Positions 44,250 through 55,727 of a stretch of DNA of 64,000 bases are shown here, piece by piece; position 1 is the first letter of the stretch; the number at the start of each line of letters is the position of its first letter. The position numbers were made by a program, and so were the translations under genes. This DNA is from Magallana gigas (lineage: Eukaryota): the NCBI RefSeq assembly GCF_963853765.1, contig NC_088858.1:11346001-11410000 (forward strand), in the 5' to 3' direction. The notes beneath the pieces are model-generated. The model ran no database searches, was not told where the DNA came from, and worked only from the letters and a program-made list of their open reading frames with translations.

Positions 44250-44658
44250 TCAGAAGTTACACAATTTTTATAATTTTGTCAAAATCATTTAAAAACTAGC
44301 ATTTCTCTTATCTTTTCTCGAATGGGAAATATAAAGCGACACTTTGAACAAGGAAATTATTTTTGTCCTTTATTAGTCTTGGGTAGATGCACTTCTAATT
44401 AAAATATTTTGTTTTTTTTAAACCTGCTCTCAATGTTTTCGGAAGAAAAAAAACTATTTTAAAATAAGCCGTTTTATGCTAAAAAAAGGACAAATGGTGG
44501 GAAAAGGTTATTATAATAACTTTGTGATGTCACATTTCTAAATTGTAGGTATATATAAGTCCTCTTGTTTGATCATTATACAGAAATGCATTTAACATCT
44601 AATACATTGTAAACAATAACAAAATATAAAATTTAACCAAAATTATGACCGTGCCCCT
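44250..44658. mobile_element. Older, partly eroded relative of the 41140-41633 MITE
   Basis: Right end CCAAAATTATGACCGTGCCCCT matches the TIR. The left end is degenerate. Confidence 0.6.
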
Positions 44659-45781
44659 TTACATATCAAACTTTTATTAAAAAACTAGGAGGCTTGATTA
44701 TAATGTGTTTTGGAAGTAAACTAAATAATTAAGTTTATTTGATTTCTCAACTGCAATATATATTTCATCATCGGATTACCCACGGGTGATTGCGTCTTTT
44801 ACTTATCTCAAGTTGAGTTAATTTGTTTGATTGGTGTCAGTCAAAATTTTAATAAAAAATCATATTTATATTATATAAATTATTTATAAAATACAATTTT
44901 GATGTAATATTCCATCTTAATTTTTTTTCTTCTATTTATACCAATCTAAGGTGAGCTAATAATATATTTCCTACTTTGATGATAACATAATAATAGTCTA
45001 TTTCAAGCGTTGAATTTATTGTTTTTTTATTTATATAATTCACAATTCAAATTTACATTTTTTTTTAGCTTTTAGTTTGCGATTCGAAATATTATACAAA
45101 TAAACTTTAGGAAATCACTTCGGGCTCGATGTTCACAAATTATTATCGACACATGTTTTTTAAATGATACAGATTATTATACCATTTATCCATTTCCTTT
45201 GGATCATCTGCTCAACTCGACACCCGTCTGTATAATGAATTTAGAAAGAATTCCTCTCTATATATACACAGAGTGGTGCAATATCACCGAGTGGTGCAAT
45301 ATCCGGGGATCATTGCATAATATCTTTCCTTTTGAATTGTCCACCCTTGAATAACTCTCCTATTCTTTCTTATGAAAACACCCGAGAGATTTGCATGAGT
45401 AGTCATGCAAATCAGATTTGTAATATTATACCAGAAGAGCGTTATCATTGTGAAGATGAACGAAACTTATTTTTTTTTTGTCATAAGCAACGTTGGCTCA
45501 GACCTTCAGAAAGATACACAAAAGTGTACGCAATTTCCGTTGTGAAATACGAGGTTTGCCGAATGGATTGCAGCTAAAATCCGATCCCGATTCAATATAT
45601 CAGAGCGTCCTTGGTAACTGCATGTCTGTTCATTACATTAATAAAAATATAACGGTAGACAAGAGAAAAAAACTACAAGACAAAAATACATTCTCAAATT
45701 TTAATAAGTTTAAATAAGCCATGTTGATGAAATCATACATTAAGAATATCATGTAGGCTACTAAAATTAAGTTTATGAGAC

Positions 45782-48700
45782 CTAAGCCTGAGACTGTGGT
45801 GGATTCATCACTTTCATAGAAGGAGGCTCTGTCTGTTTGATTACAAATTTATCAGTGGATACTACCAAGTCCTTAGATCGTTGCACATACACTGGAGGTG
45901 TTTTATTTTCTACTGTATCTTTTGTTATAATTATTTCCTCAATGTCAGAATTAGGTGCTTCATACATTGGCTCAAGTAGAATATTTTCCTAAAAAAGAAT
46001 TTTCAAAAAATCAACTTCATTCGAAAGTATTCAATAAATTTGGATATACAAGCATTTTCAATAAATTATGTTTGTAATGTGCTATTTGATTGGTTAATTG
46101 AAAATAGATTACATATCACTTGCACCAAAAAAAAAATTATGATGTATCCTTATATGATTTAACTCTGTAAATTTTAATGCTATTTATAAAGAAAAATGTT
46201 CTTAATTTCTGTAATTAATGATAGAAAAATGAATTATAAGGAATAATTAAACTGCTAGCAATCATATTAAAAAAAATTATCTGAAGCATGAACAATTTTA
46301 ATACAAGTTAAAAAAAAGATTAATAATTTTTTAAATATGTTTAGTTCATTAAAAATAGCACTGTCTTGTGAATGGATATACATATTTAAGGAAATTAATA
46401 ATCTCATAATAAAAATAAAATACCTTATATATTAAATGTATTATTAAATATAGGGTACATGTATTTATTTTTATAATGAGAAAAATATACAGATATAACG
46501 TCAGGTGCCTGTGATATGATCCCTTACCAATCTGCTTCTCAGTGCACGTGCACCTGTCCCTGATTCTTTAGCTTTCTCTGCAACAGCCACCAAAGCTTCT
46601 TCTTCAAACTTCAGTTTTGCCTATTTAAATGAATTGTACACTGTAGATACAAAACATAAAATCAGTTAAATTTTAAAAGAGTGTCTACAAAGTCCTGAAC
46701 TTCATGTTACACTGACCCCATCCATTTCTAGCAGAGTCTCGTATTGTGGAATTAAAGCATTTCTGGGTTCTTTGAGGATCTTTATCAACATCTCTGTGGT
46801 CATGTTCTCAAAAACAGCAAAGACAGGGATTCTGCCGATGAATTCTGGGATCATCCCAAAGTTAACTAGGTCATCAACCTCTACCGCACGCAGGATCTCA
46901 TCCTTTTCATGATCTGTTGTATCTGATTGGTGGATGGTGTCTGTGGCATTGGCACCCCCCTTGTCTTCAGGTGTCTCTGAGGTGAATCCAAATGGCTGCA
47001 AATTAGGCCAAGAATGGAACATTAGTTTAGTATCTGTGTAATTTATCCAAGTCCAATCAAGGATGTAAATTAAGGGACTTTATCTATAGGATTTTATTTC
47101 AAACATCTTGAGTCCAAAAGGATAAATTCAGTTAGGAATACACCCGGGAGTAGATACATTTACATATACAGTTACATTATTCCTTATGTAATCAATTCAA
47201 TATTACTTTTATTTCCACATATTTTATTCTTTGTGTGCAGATGTAAGGTGAATTCTAATCTATTAACTGGATAATAAATCTGCTTCATTAATGTAGCATG
47301 TAAGTAATGGGAGCTAATATCTAATTCTAACTGGATTGTTAAATTCACTTTGTAATGTAATTTCCATTTTTGTTGCATTTAAATCGATACATAATGCAGT
47401 AAGATGCCACGTTACTTACCACCCCTTTGGCATGGTGAACAGAAATTTGAACTTAGCTTGTCAACTAATCAAATCTTGTCTTACAAGTCATAAAGGAAAT
47501 ATTAACCTTGATATTGGTCCTCCTCTGAATGATGTTAGTGAGGCCACTGAAGGCTCCAGAGAAGATGAAGAGGATGTTGGTGGTGTCAACATCAATGGTC
47601 TTCTTTCCGCTGCCACTCAGGTCAGGGACCTTAATGACTGCTCCCTCCATCATTTTCAGGAGGCTCTGTTGCACCCCCTCCCCGCCCACATCACGTTGAA
47701 ACTGACCCCCTTTCTTGGAGCTGATCTTATCCACTTCATCCAAAAACACAATCCCTGAAATGATGAAAAGAAACATTTATAATGTTACAAATACATCAAA
47801 ATTTGCTAGCAGAGTGTGTGTGGATTTCTTTCTAAACAGACATCACTTTCCAATTATCATTTAATAATTATTTGATTAAAAGTTGAAGATATCTTTCATT
47901 CTTTTTAAGTGTATAAGGAGAAATCTTTGGCACATTTGCCCTCATTGTCATAGGGAAATTTAAATATTCAATGTACAAAATAACTCCTTAAAAACAGCTA
48001 AATTAGAGTGAATTTAAAACTGGATGAAAGTCTGATTAGGTGAAAATAGCATGGTGTGAAAACAGCCCCGATAATAGTACCTTGCTGACATTTATCCACA
48101 TTGAATTTGGCATTCTGTAGAAGGCGTCCCACCACATTCTCAACATCCTCCCCCACATACCCCGCCTGTGTCAGGCTCGTACAATCACAGATCACTATCG
48201 GCACGTTCAGGATTTCTGACAGAACCTGCGCAATGTAGGTTTTGCCTGTACAAAACAACAATTTGCTATATTTAGTAAACTGCTATCATTATACATGTAT
48301 AACTTTATATTAATTAATGATAGACAATCAGTATTTGTAGATAATCTATTATTTATTTCATATCTTTATTCATCAAATCTGACCTGTTCCTGTTGGCCCT
48401 AACATGAGAATATTAGTTTTGTCGATCTGTATATCAGAGCTATCGGAGCTCTCCTTCTGTTTGACTACTGGGGATACTGGGACCGTCTCTGGCCTTGACC
48501 TCTGACCTTCATTATTCAGAGTGGCTCGGATATCAAGGTTGAGACCACCAGGATGACCCTTTCTCTGTTTTTCAAACACAATCACATCTAAGAAGAAGAA
48601 TAACATATTCAAAATATTGTTATACATGTACTGGTATACTGTAGAAATATCTTATTGTTTTTAATTTAGTATGTTCACAATAACAATTGTTCACAAACAT

Positions 48701-50687
48701 TAATAAACATCATGAAAATTATGCACTAACATCTTTGTTTTGTCTTTCTCATTGTGTTTAACGGGGTTTAGACAATTATTTTACTGGACTCCTCCGTTAA
48801 AAGAAACTTTGATTTTTAATATGACCTTATTTTCTTTTTTTAAAAACAAATTAAGAGAATTATTTTTTATAAAATCACGATTTTTTCCAAGTAGAAAAAA
48901 TGTTTTTCCATGAAATCAAAATCATCATGAGAGGAACCAAAAATGCAAACCGTGAAATTTTAGACAAATTGAATCAATGACCATTACAGTATATCTTAAA
49001 GTGTGTTAATTGGCATTGGCATATCCTGGTACATGTAATAGATATGTTTTAATGTATTTGTATATATGTAAAACTAGATGTACCTTGCCTCTCCCTCTCC
49101 TCTGCCCACTTCTGCTTCTGTAATTTAGCCTTGTGTTGATTTATTCTTTTGTAATGATTGTAAACAGCCACTGCTAACACTTTCTTTGCATAATCTTGTC
49201 CAACTATATATTGATTTAACTTGTTAACAATCTGAAAAAAGCAAAACAAAATTGGATTTATTGAATAAGTTAAAAGTTACTTAATACCGGTTATACATTT
49301 AATAAAGGTAATAATGAAAAATAAATTCTCTTTACAGTGAAGAACTTTTTCAAGCAGCTGGTTTAATTCTGTACATCTCTATTGATCAAAACGGAAGAGT
49401 TCCATTCTTTTAACAAAATGTGTAAAATTGAGTAGATTAGATCTACCTATATTAAGGGCATTCCACAAACTCCATATTTCATTTACTGTATTAGTTACCT
49501 CTGCTGGTTCTATTAACTTTTCTTTGGGAACATCCTTCTTTGAGGAGGAAAATAAAACTTCATGACAATTTTCACACTTCACGCTAGTTACTGAAAAGAG
49601 AATATTAATATGTATAGAATACACATGATCTCTACGTGACTGCTGTTAACAAATGATTTGCCTTCCAATTTAGCAGGAGGTAAGATACAGGCTTGTATGC
49701 CCATCCTTTTTTTAAGTATGGAGTAAGTAAAAAAAAAACGATTTTGGTATGCAGTAGTATTGTCATGACATATCTTTTTAAAAAAATTATTTTGACATCA
49801 TTCAGCATGAGGCTCTCATAATATCAACCTACATGTATACTATAAAGTTCATGGTACAAATAGAAACTATGAATGAAATGCATCACTTTAAGATCGAGTG
49901 TGAGGATAAAGCCCATAAAGCATAGAAATATATTGCATGCTCCGGTACCATAACTTACAATGAACTCTTTTTTATCTTGATCAACCCACAGGGGCATCTT
50001 ATCCGCTCTGCTCTCTATGACATATAAAAAAAAAAACAATATACATGTCATAGCTAGAGAGCAAAGCAGATAAAATGCCCCATGATCAGTCTCCCTTTCT
50101 TAAAAGAAAAATTGTGAAGCATTAAGCTTATTTCAATTTTATGGCTTTAGCACTTGATGCATTTTAAATTGATACTTCAAAACATGGCACAATACTCAGT
50201 ATGCAACTTTATATACATGTACATGTAATGTCATGCATAATATGACTTGCCCAAAGTTGTATCTTTATGGAACATAGTGTATCCACAGTGAGGACATTGG
50301 GTGTGTCCCTTGGAACCTGACCCTCCTTTTTTACTGCCACTTCCTGAACTTCCAAAATATGTGTATGTCTTCCGCCGACCTGATATTGTACTTGTTGAAA
50401 AATGATGGACCCTAATATTTTTGTTGAACCTTGAGGAAATAGCTCTACATCCATCTGCAAAACAAAATATCTAATTTGTCAGCGAGCAACATAAAAGACC
50501 AACAATTTATGATCAAATGAATACTGATAGAAATAAAATAAAATATTTGAACGATAGCTATGTCATTTTAGAATTGTATAATTGCTTCTGCGGGATGCTA
50601 ACCTTGAACTGTATAATATCCCTTTGGTCCTGCCAAATTACGTCGACCCAAGCGAAAACAAAGTTTTTGAATGCGTATCGAAGACAT
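45782..50687 (-). CDS. CLPX: Mitochondrial ATP-dependent Clp protease ATP-binding subunit ClpX, 10 predicted exons (50687-50603, 50454-50251, 49590-49499, 49231-49084, 48587-48384, 48245-48081, 47754-47507, 46995-46717, 46620-46528, 45988-45782)
   Basis: Basic N-terminal presequence [17 protein letters not shown]4 zinc finger (CPHC..CENC), [23 protein letters not shown], Walker A GPTGTGKT, pore-1 GYVGEDVE, Walker [11 protein letters not shown], pore-2 [13 protein letters not shown]-like [11 protein letters not shown] and GARALR. Exon 2-4 boundaries are less certain. Confidence 0.95.
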
Positions 50688-51479
50688 TGCTAAACTGTGT
50701 TGTACAACGATTTATTGGAATCGAGACCAGTCGGTTACATTTGAAATAAATCCGGGAATGTGTTGAATACACAGCTGGAAAAAGTTTACATTTTGAGGAG
50801 TAGTTGTTGTAACGTACATTAAATATATTCCGTAATACATATTGGTAATAGCATAAATCTGTATTTTGTCTTCAGTTGAGTAAAAACAAACAGAAAAATT
50901 CCAAAATAATTATTTGATTATCATACATAGTATAGAATTATACATAATATGACGTGTTTGTTACTTTTTTTCCAAAGTGATATGTGGAGATTATTGATCT
51001 TAAATGACACCTCCCTTATGCGAAAATGAAAGTAAGCGTTCGAACCCGATATAAAAAAGTCAAACAGCATGTTATTGATGGTGCAATAAACAGTCAAGGT
51101 ATGCATTACATAGTCTTATTTCTTATGCCATAAACTTAATAAATATGCCTTTTAATTAAAGATTCAAGGGCTGTAGTGTTTAAAAAAATACCTAGACGAG
51201 TAAACAATACGCACGAACAATATGTGTATGAAAATGTATTTTGATGTTTCAAACTGGGACCCAAAAGCCAAGATTGGCTTTAAATAAGTTCCTTTGGGGT
51301 ATTTTATTCTAAATGGGATATAAATTTACAATCTCTCGTGAATTGTAAAAGACAATTATCTTGCGCGGATTTAGGGGGGGGGGGGCTCCTGCAAAATTAA
51401 ATTTCTTTAAATTAAAATTTTAGAATTACCCAAAATATGCCCCAGATCACATCTAGCAAAATCAAATAACTGTTTGAAA

Positions 51480-51600
51480 ATTTTTCTGTATCTGCACTTG
51501 ATTATGGAATTCTGTATCTGCATGCGCATGATTACGGAATTCTGTATCTGTGCATGATTATGGAATTCTGTATTTGCGCATGATTATGAAATTCCATACA
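51480..51600. repeat. Short tandem repeat, ~4 x 26-30 bp (TTCTGTATCTG..CATGATTATGGAA)
   Basis: Visible tandem copies upstream of the first coding exon of POLR3G. Confidence 0.75.
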
Positions 51601-51988
51601 CAACAGCCAACTGTCAGCTGTAAATTGCTGACAAGGTACTGCTAACTGCTACTGCATGTGCTGAAAATGTCAGATTTTATAAGTGCTGGCATCGAGCATT
51701 TAGTCTTTTGTTGTGCAAGTTGCAACATGCCTTGGTTTACTAGTAATTGAGACCTTGGCAGTAAGCTGTTGACAGTAAGCAGTTGTCCGCTGACATTTGG
51801 CAGTTTGATATGGAAATTCAATAGAAAATAGTAAAATTATTTATAATTTGTTTTTTCCTCCTATAAATTTGTATTTTAAAAAATGAAAATGAAATACATT
51901 GAATTTATGTGACCAACTTACCAACATCAGTTTATTTCTTTCTAGTAGACTTACATGTTATGTTTGTGAATTTTCAATGCACTTGTAG

Positions 51989-54736
51989 ATGGCTGGAAGA
52001 GGAAGAGGGAGAGGAAAAAATGTCTCTTTTAATGTAGAAGCTTTGGGATTTGGAAGAGGCGAGGCCTTACCTGGACCAATATCCCAACCACCACCGCTTT
52101 TTCCAGTATTGAAAATATTTTTTCTCAGTACATTTACTCTTGTCATCAGTTCAAAATATTGGCAACACATGTATCACAGCATGGTAGTTCTATTAAATAA
52201 CAGCTTTTTTTTTTTTTTTACACATTAGACAGCCGATTTCAAGCCAGTGCCCTTTCAGCAGAGTGAGGAGTATGACTATATGTTGGCTCTGAAACAAGAA
52301 TTTCTCGGAAATATGCGTAAATCGCCATTTTTCCTCCAAGCATCACACAAGAGAAAGGACATTGAAAGATACTCAGACAAATACCAGGCAGCCGCAGAAG
52401 TCAATGGGAAATGGAAGCCAGGTACCTAAACGACAAGAAAACTTCTCAGACTCGCCTGAAATTTAATATCATTAATTTGTACCATGTGGACTGGTAAAAG
52501 TGTAATAATTTTCCCAGAAGATTATGACAAGATTTTATCCAAAATACATGTAGACTGACATTCATGATATTTACAGACTGGAGAAGGCTCCCTGCAGAAC
52601 TCAAACCAAGAGTGAGGAGGAAAACAAAATCTAGCATCAAACCATCAGTGAAGGTGAAGTCAAAGGTGAAACTGAGTGTGGAGGATGTATCCAAGACATT
52701 AGAGGTGAGTAAACAATAGTGACAAAAAAGTATAACCTTAAGGTGGCTCACTGTTATTATGTTGAAATAGTTTCTCAAATCAGTAGAACAGTTACTTGAT
52801 TATGATAAATAACATGATGGATAAGAAGAATTTATGGTAATTCAGATAAGCGAAAAAATGAGCAATTATGGATGAAAAATTATTTTCAAAAATTTAATTC
52901 AGTAAATGTGACCAAAAGTCCTAAGCGTATTTGAACTCATGACCTGTGGTTGACAAGCCTGATACTTTAACCACTAAGCTATAACAATATTCAACCAATT
53001 CAATTGGTACAAACAATTTCACAAAATATTTAAATCACCATCTTGTGACAAAGTGTCGTAAAAAGTGTAAATCTAGGTGAAGTGAAGTACCTTAAAAATG
53101 AAATGAATGAATATGCTGTAGGAGATACCGGTAAATAGAATCTGAGTTAAAATGCACCAATATTAAGAAGATATACCTGTTGTTCTTTGTACAAGAATGA
53201 TCACTTTCACTCTTATTTTATAGTAGATCTTGTTTGCATTTCATATTGATTCTCTTTTTGATCAATGTTGTTAATGGTGGTCTCAGATGAAAATATTTAA
53301 CTATACAGGAACTGGAGAAAAAAGAGGTAGATCAGGGAGATGAGGAGGAGGAGGAAGAAGAAGAAGGAGTGAAGAAGAAAGAGGAAGGAGAGGTGGAGGA
53401 AGAGGAAGATGAGATTTACGATGAAGAGGACATTGAAGAAGTAAGTCTTTATGTAGACAAAAAGATCATACATAGGGAATGAATAGCTTAAACTTCAAGG
53501 GAAATGGGAAACATCTTTGCTAGCCAAAGGTTTTTGTTCCACTCCATTCCCCATATTATTACGTAAACTCAGTGATGCGGTGGTGCCCCTTGCAACTTCA
53601 CATTTTAATTCAATGAAATTACTGGTTTTGTACATTCTACAAAATAAATAATAATTTGATAACAATATACTGGTGGATGTTGGAAAAGCAATTAAGTAAA
53701 ATTTAATACGATTTAAGATATAACCCAGAGTAAGCATAAATGTTTTATTATTGTTTGTTGGGACCTGTACTGGGAGTAAAAAGTCCCTGATATTTGAGAG
53801 CATTTATGTCATAAAACCAGATATCACTGTCATGAAAATTGAACTTCTTAATTAAAGAAAATATGATTTCTTTCGTTTGAGGGACGAATTAGACAGAAAT
53901 CAATTTCTACTTGGTATAATAATGAATTAATTATCCAGATATATAAGGTTTTCATTCGAATACCTGTTTGTGTCACCTGGTTCTTAAGAACCGGTTTATT
54001 AGCAAGGCTATATAAAGAATTACTCAGGTGTTAAATACCAGTTTAGGACGACACGTACAGCGGAAAGTTTAAATTTTCAGAATTGTTTTATTAAAATAAA
54101 TAAATCATGTGATCCAACTTTATGCCATAATTATGTGTGTGTACATTTAATATGCCAAATATTAAATAGCTGCAGCGTGTCGTTGCTAATTCCACACAAT
54201 GTGTTGTTATTTACTAGTATCATAGTATTCAGCTTTCATTTGGAAAGTAATGAATGGATTTAAAGGAGAAAACCCATAAACACTTGGTTAGACCATCATT
54301 AGAGAGGCACTGTAATCGAGCACTTACTTCAATTTGTTGAAAGCACCGAAAGCTTGTCACCAAGTTTTCGTTATGAGATCTGCCAAGGATTTATGGGGAG
54401 CAGAGTGGACTGAAAACGCTTGGCTAGCAAAGATGAGAGATCAATTACTAATAAAAATTTTCTAATGGAAATGTGGATACAAGAATTTGTGATGAAGGGG
54501 ACACAATGGAGTCTGTGTTATATTTGCTACTTGGCTTAGAGTTAGGTCAGAGTTACGGTAGTTATTGTTGCTCAGGTGAGGGATGTCGCCCAAGGGTTTT
54601 GTAATGTTAATTATGATTAATCAGAACACATATTTTTATTTTCAATCAGGAGACAGACTACATTTTGTCATATTTTGACAATGGGGAGGAGTACGGAAAT
54701 GATGATGATGATGCAGATGAAGGCCCAGTTTACTGA
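51989..54736 (+). CDS. POLR3G: RNA polymerase III subunit RPC7 (C31/RPC32), 218 aa, 5 coding exons (51989-52105, 52229-52421, 52577-52704, 53309-53440, 54650-54736)
   Basis: MAGRGRGRG..SFNVEALGFGRGEALP....QPPPLFP, DIERYSDKY, DWRRLPAEL, an acidic tract and the C-terminal ETDYILSYFDNGEEY..DDD...EGPVY*. In frame (657 nt). Invertebrate co-orthologue of vertebrate POLR3G/POLR3GL. Confidence 0.95.
52742..53091 (-). mobile_element. TTAA-flanked element with imperfect TIRs and an internal tRNA-like segment, in POLR3G intron 3
   Basis: TTAA|GGTGGCTCAC ... GTGAAGTACC|TTAA. On the minus strand there is an A box TAGCTTAGTGG (~52981) and a B box GAGTTCAAAT (~52940). Confidence 0.75.
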
Positions 54737-55727
54737 AGAATTTACAGAGCAAGAGGAATCAGCATAAATACTTTTTGCAAGAAAACTGAGAGATGCACAA
54801 GAAAACTCACTTATTATTCCAGCAAAAAAGGAACTTCTCAAATTTCTGCAAAGGAGAAAACTCTTCAGTCACTTTCTAATCCCAAACAAAGGAGAAAACT
54901 TCAGATACATTATTTCTCTCCGAGGTCTGAATGGTAGCCATGGGGGATAAGTGTTATTGTTATTGTGTGGTGCTGTGAATAAAATTTACATCTAGTATCT
55001 TTCTTTGTGCAGAAAAATCTACTCTGCTGAGGTATATATTCAATGAGTTTTTGTGTTTAGGGCAATGGCGGCAATATTTCTCTGAGCCATGTGTTTTTAC
55101 CAATGTCTGAACCAGAAAACTATAGGTAATTTTATGAAAGTATTCTTTGTATGATGTTGAATTTATTTATATATGTAGTAAGAAAGGATAGAATATCATG
55201 AAGATACATCAATATAGTTAATGTTTTGCATTTGTGTAATCTTTATGAATGTATATGTACTATGCATGTGGTCTTATAAGATATGTTATAAGGAAAGACT
55301 TGTTTTGTTTGAAACATGTGAAATAAAATGATATATCACATCAATAATGATTACATGTATATTTCATAGCCATCTATTAATATCAACATTTTCAACAACA
55401 CAACCAGTTATTTTCATTCAAAACATTAATTTCAAAAGAAAAAAACTTGGATAATATGAAAATACATGTACATATTCTGGTATAGCATCCTTAAAGACTT
55501 GCATGTAGTTGCTGATTCTGGGCCATGAATTTTAGATGCTAGAGGAAGTTAAGGTGTTTGGAGCATCAGTTAATACGAACAAAAATTGTTTGGTTCAGTT
55601 CAGTAAATAACTAACATCAACACATTTTGTTTTCAAAACAATTCATTGTAAGCTTAATAAGTAAAAAATACACTACACGCATATACAAATTTTTTGAATG
55701 AACAGTTTTCACTTTAAAGATAATAAA

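Noticed and set aside
30133-50687. Amt and ClpX as bacterial contamination or horizontal transfer
   Set aside because: Both have many spliceosomal introns and animal-type features (mitochondrial presequence, metazoan Amt motifs) and sit among ordinary animal genes.
53330-53440. GAG/GAA-rich low-complexity tract
   Set aside because: It is the normal acidic region of RPC7, not a separate repeat.
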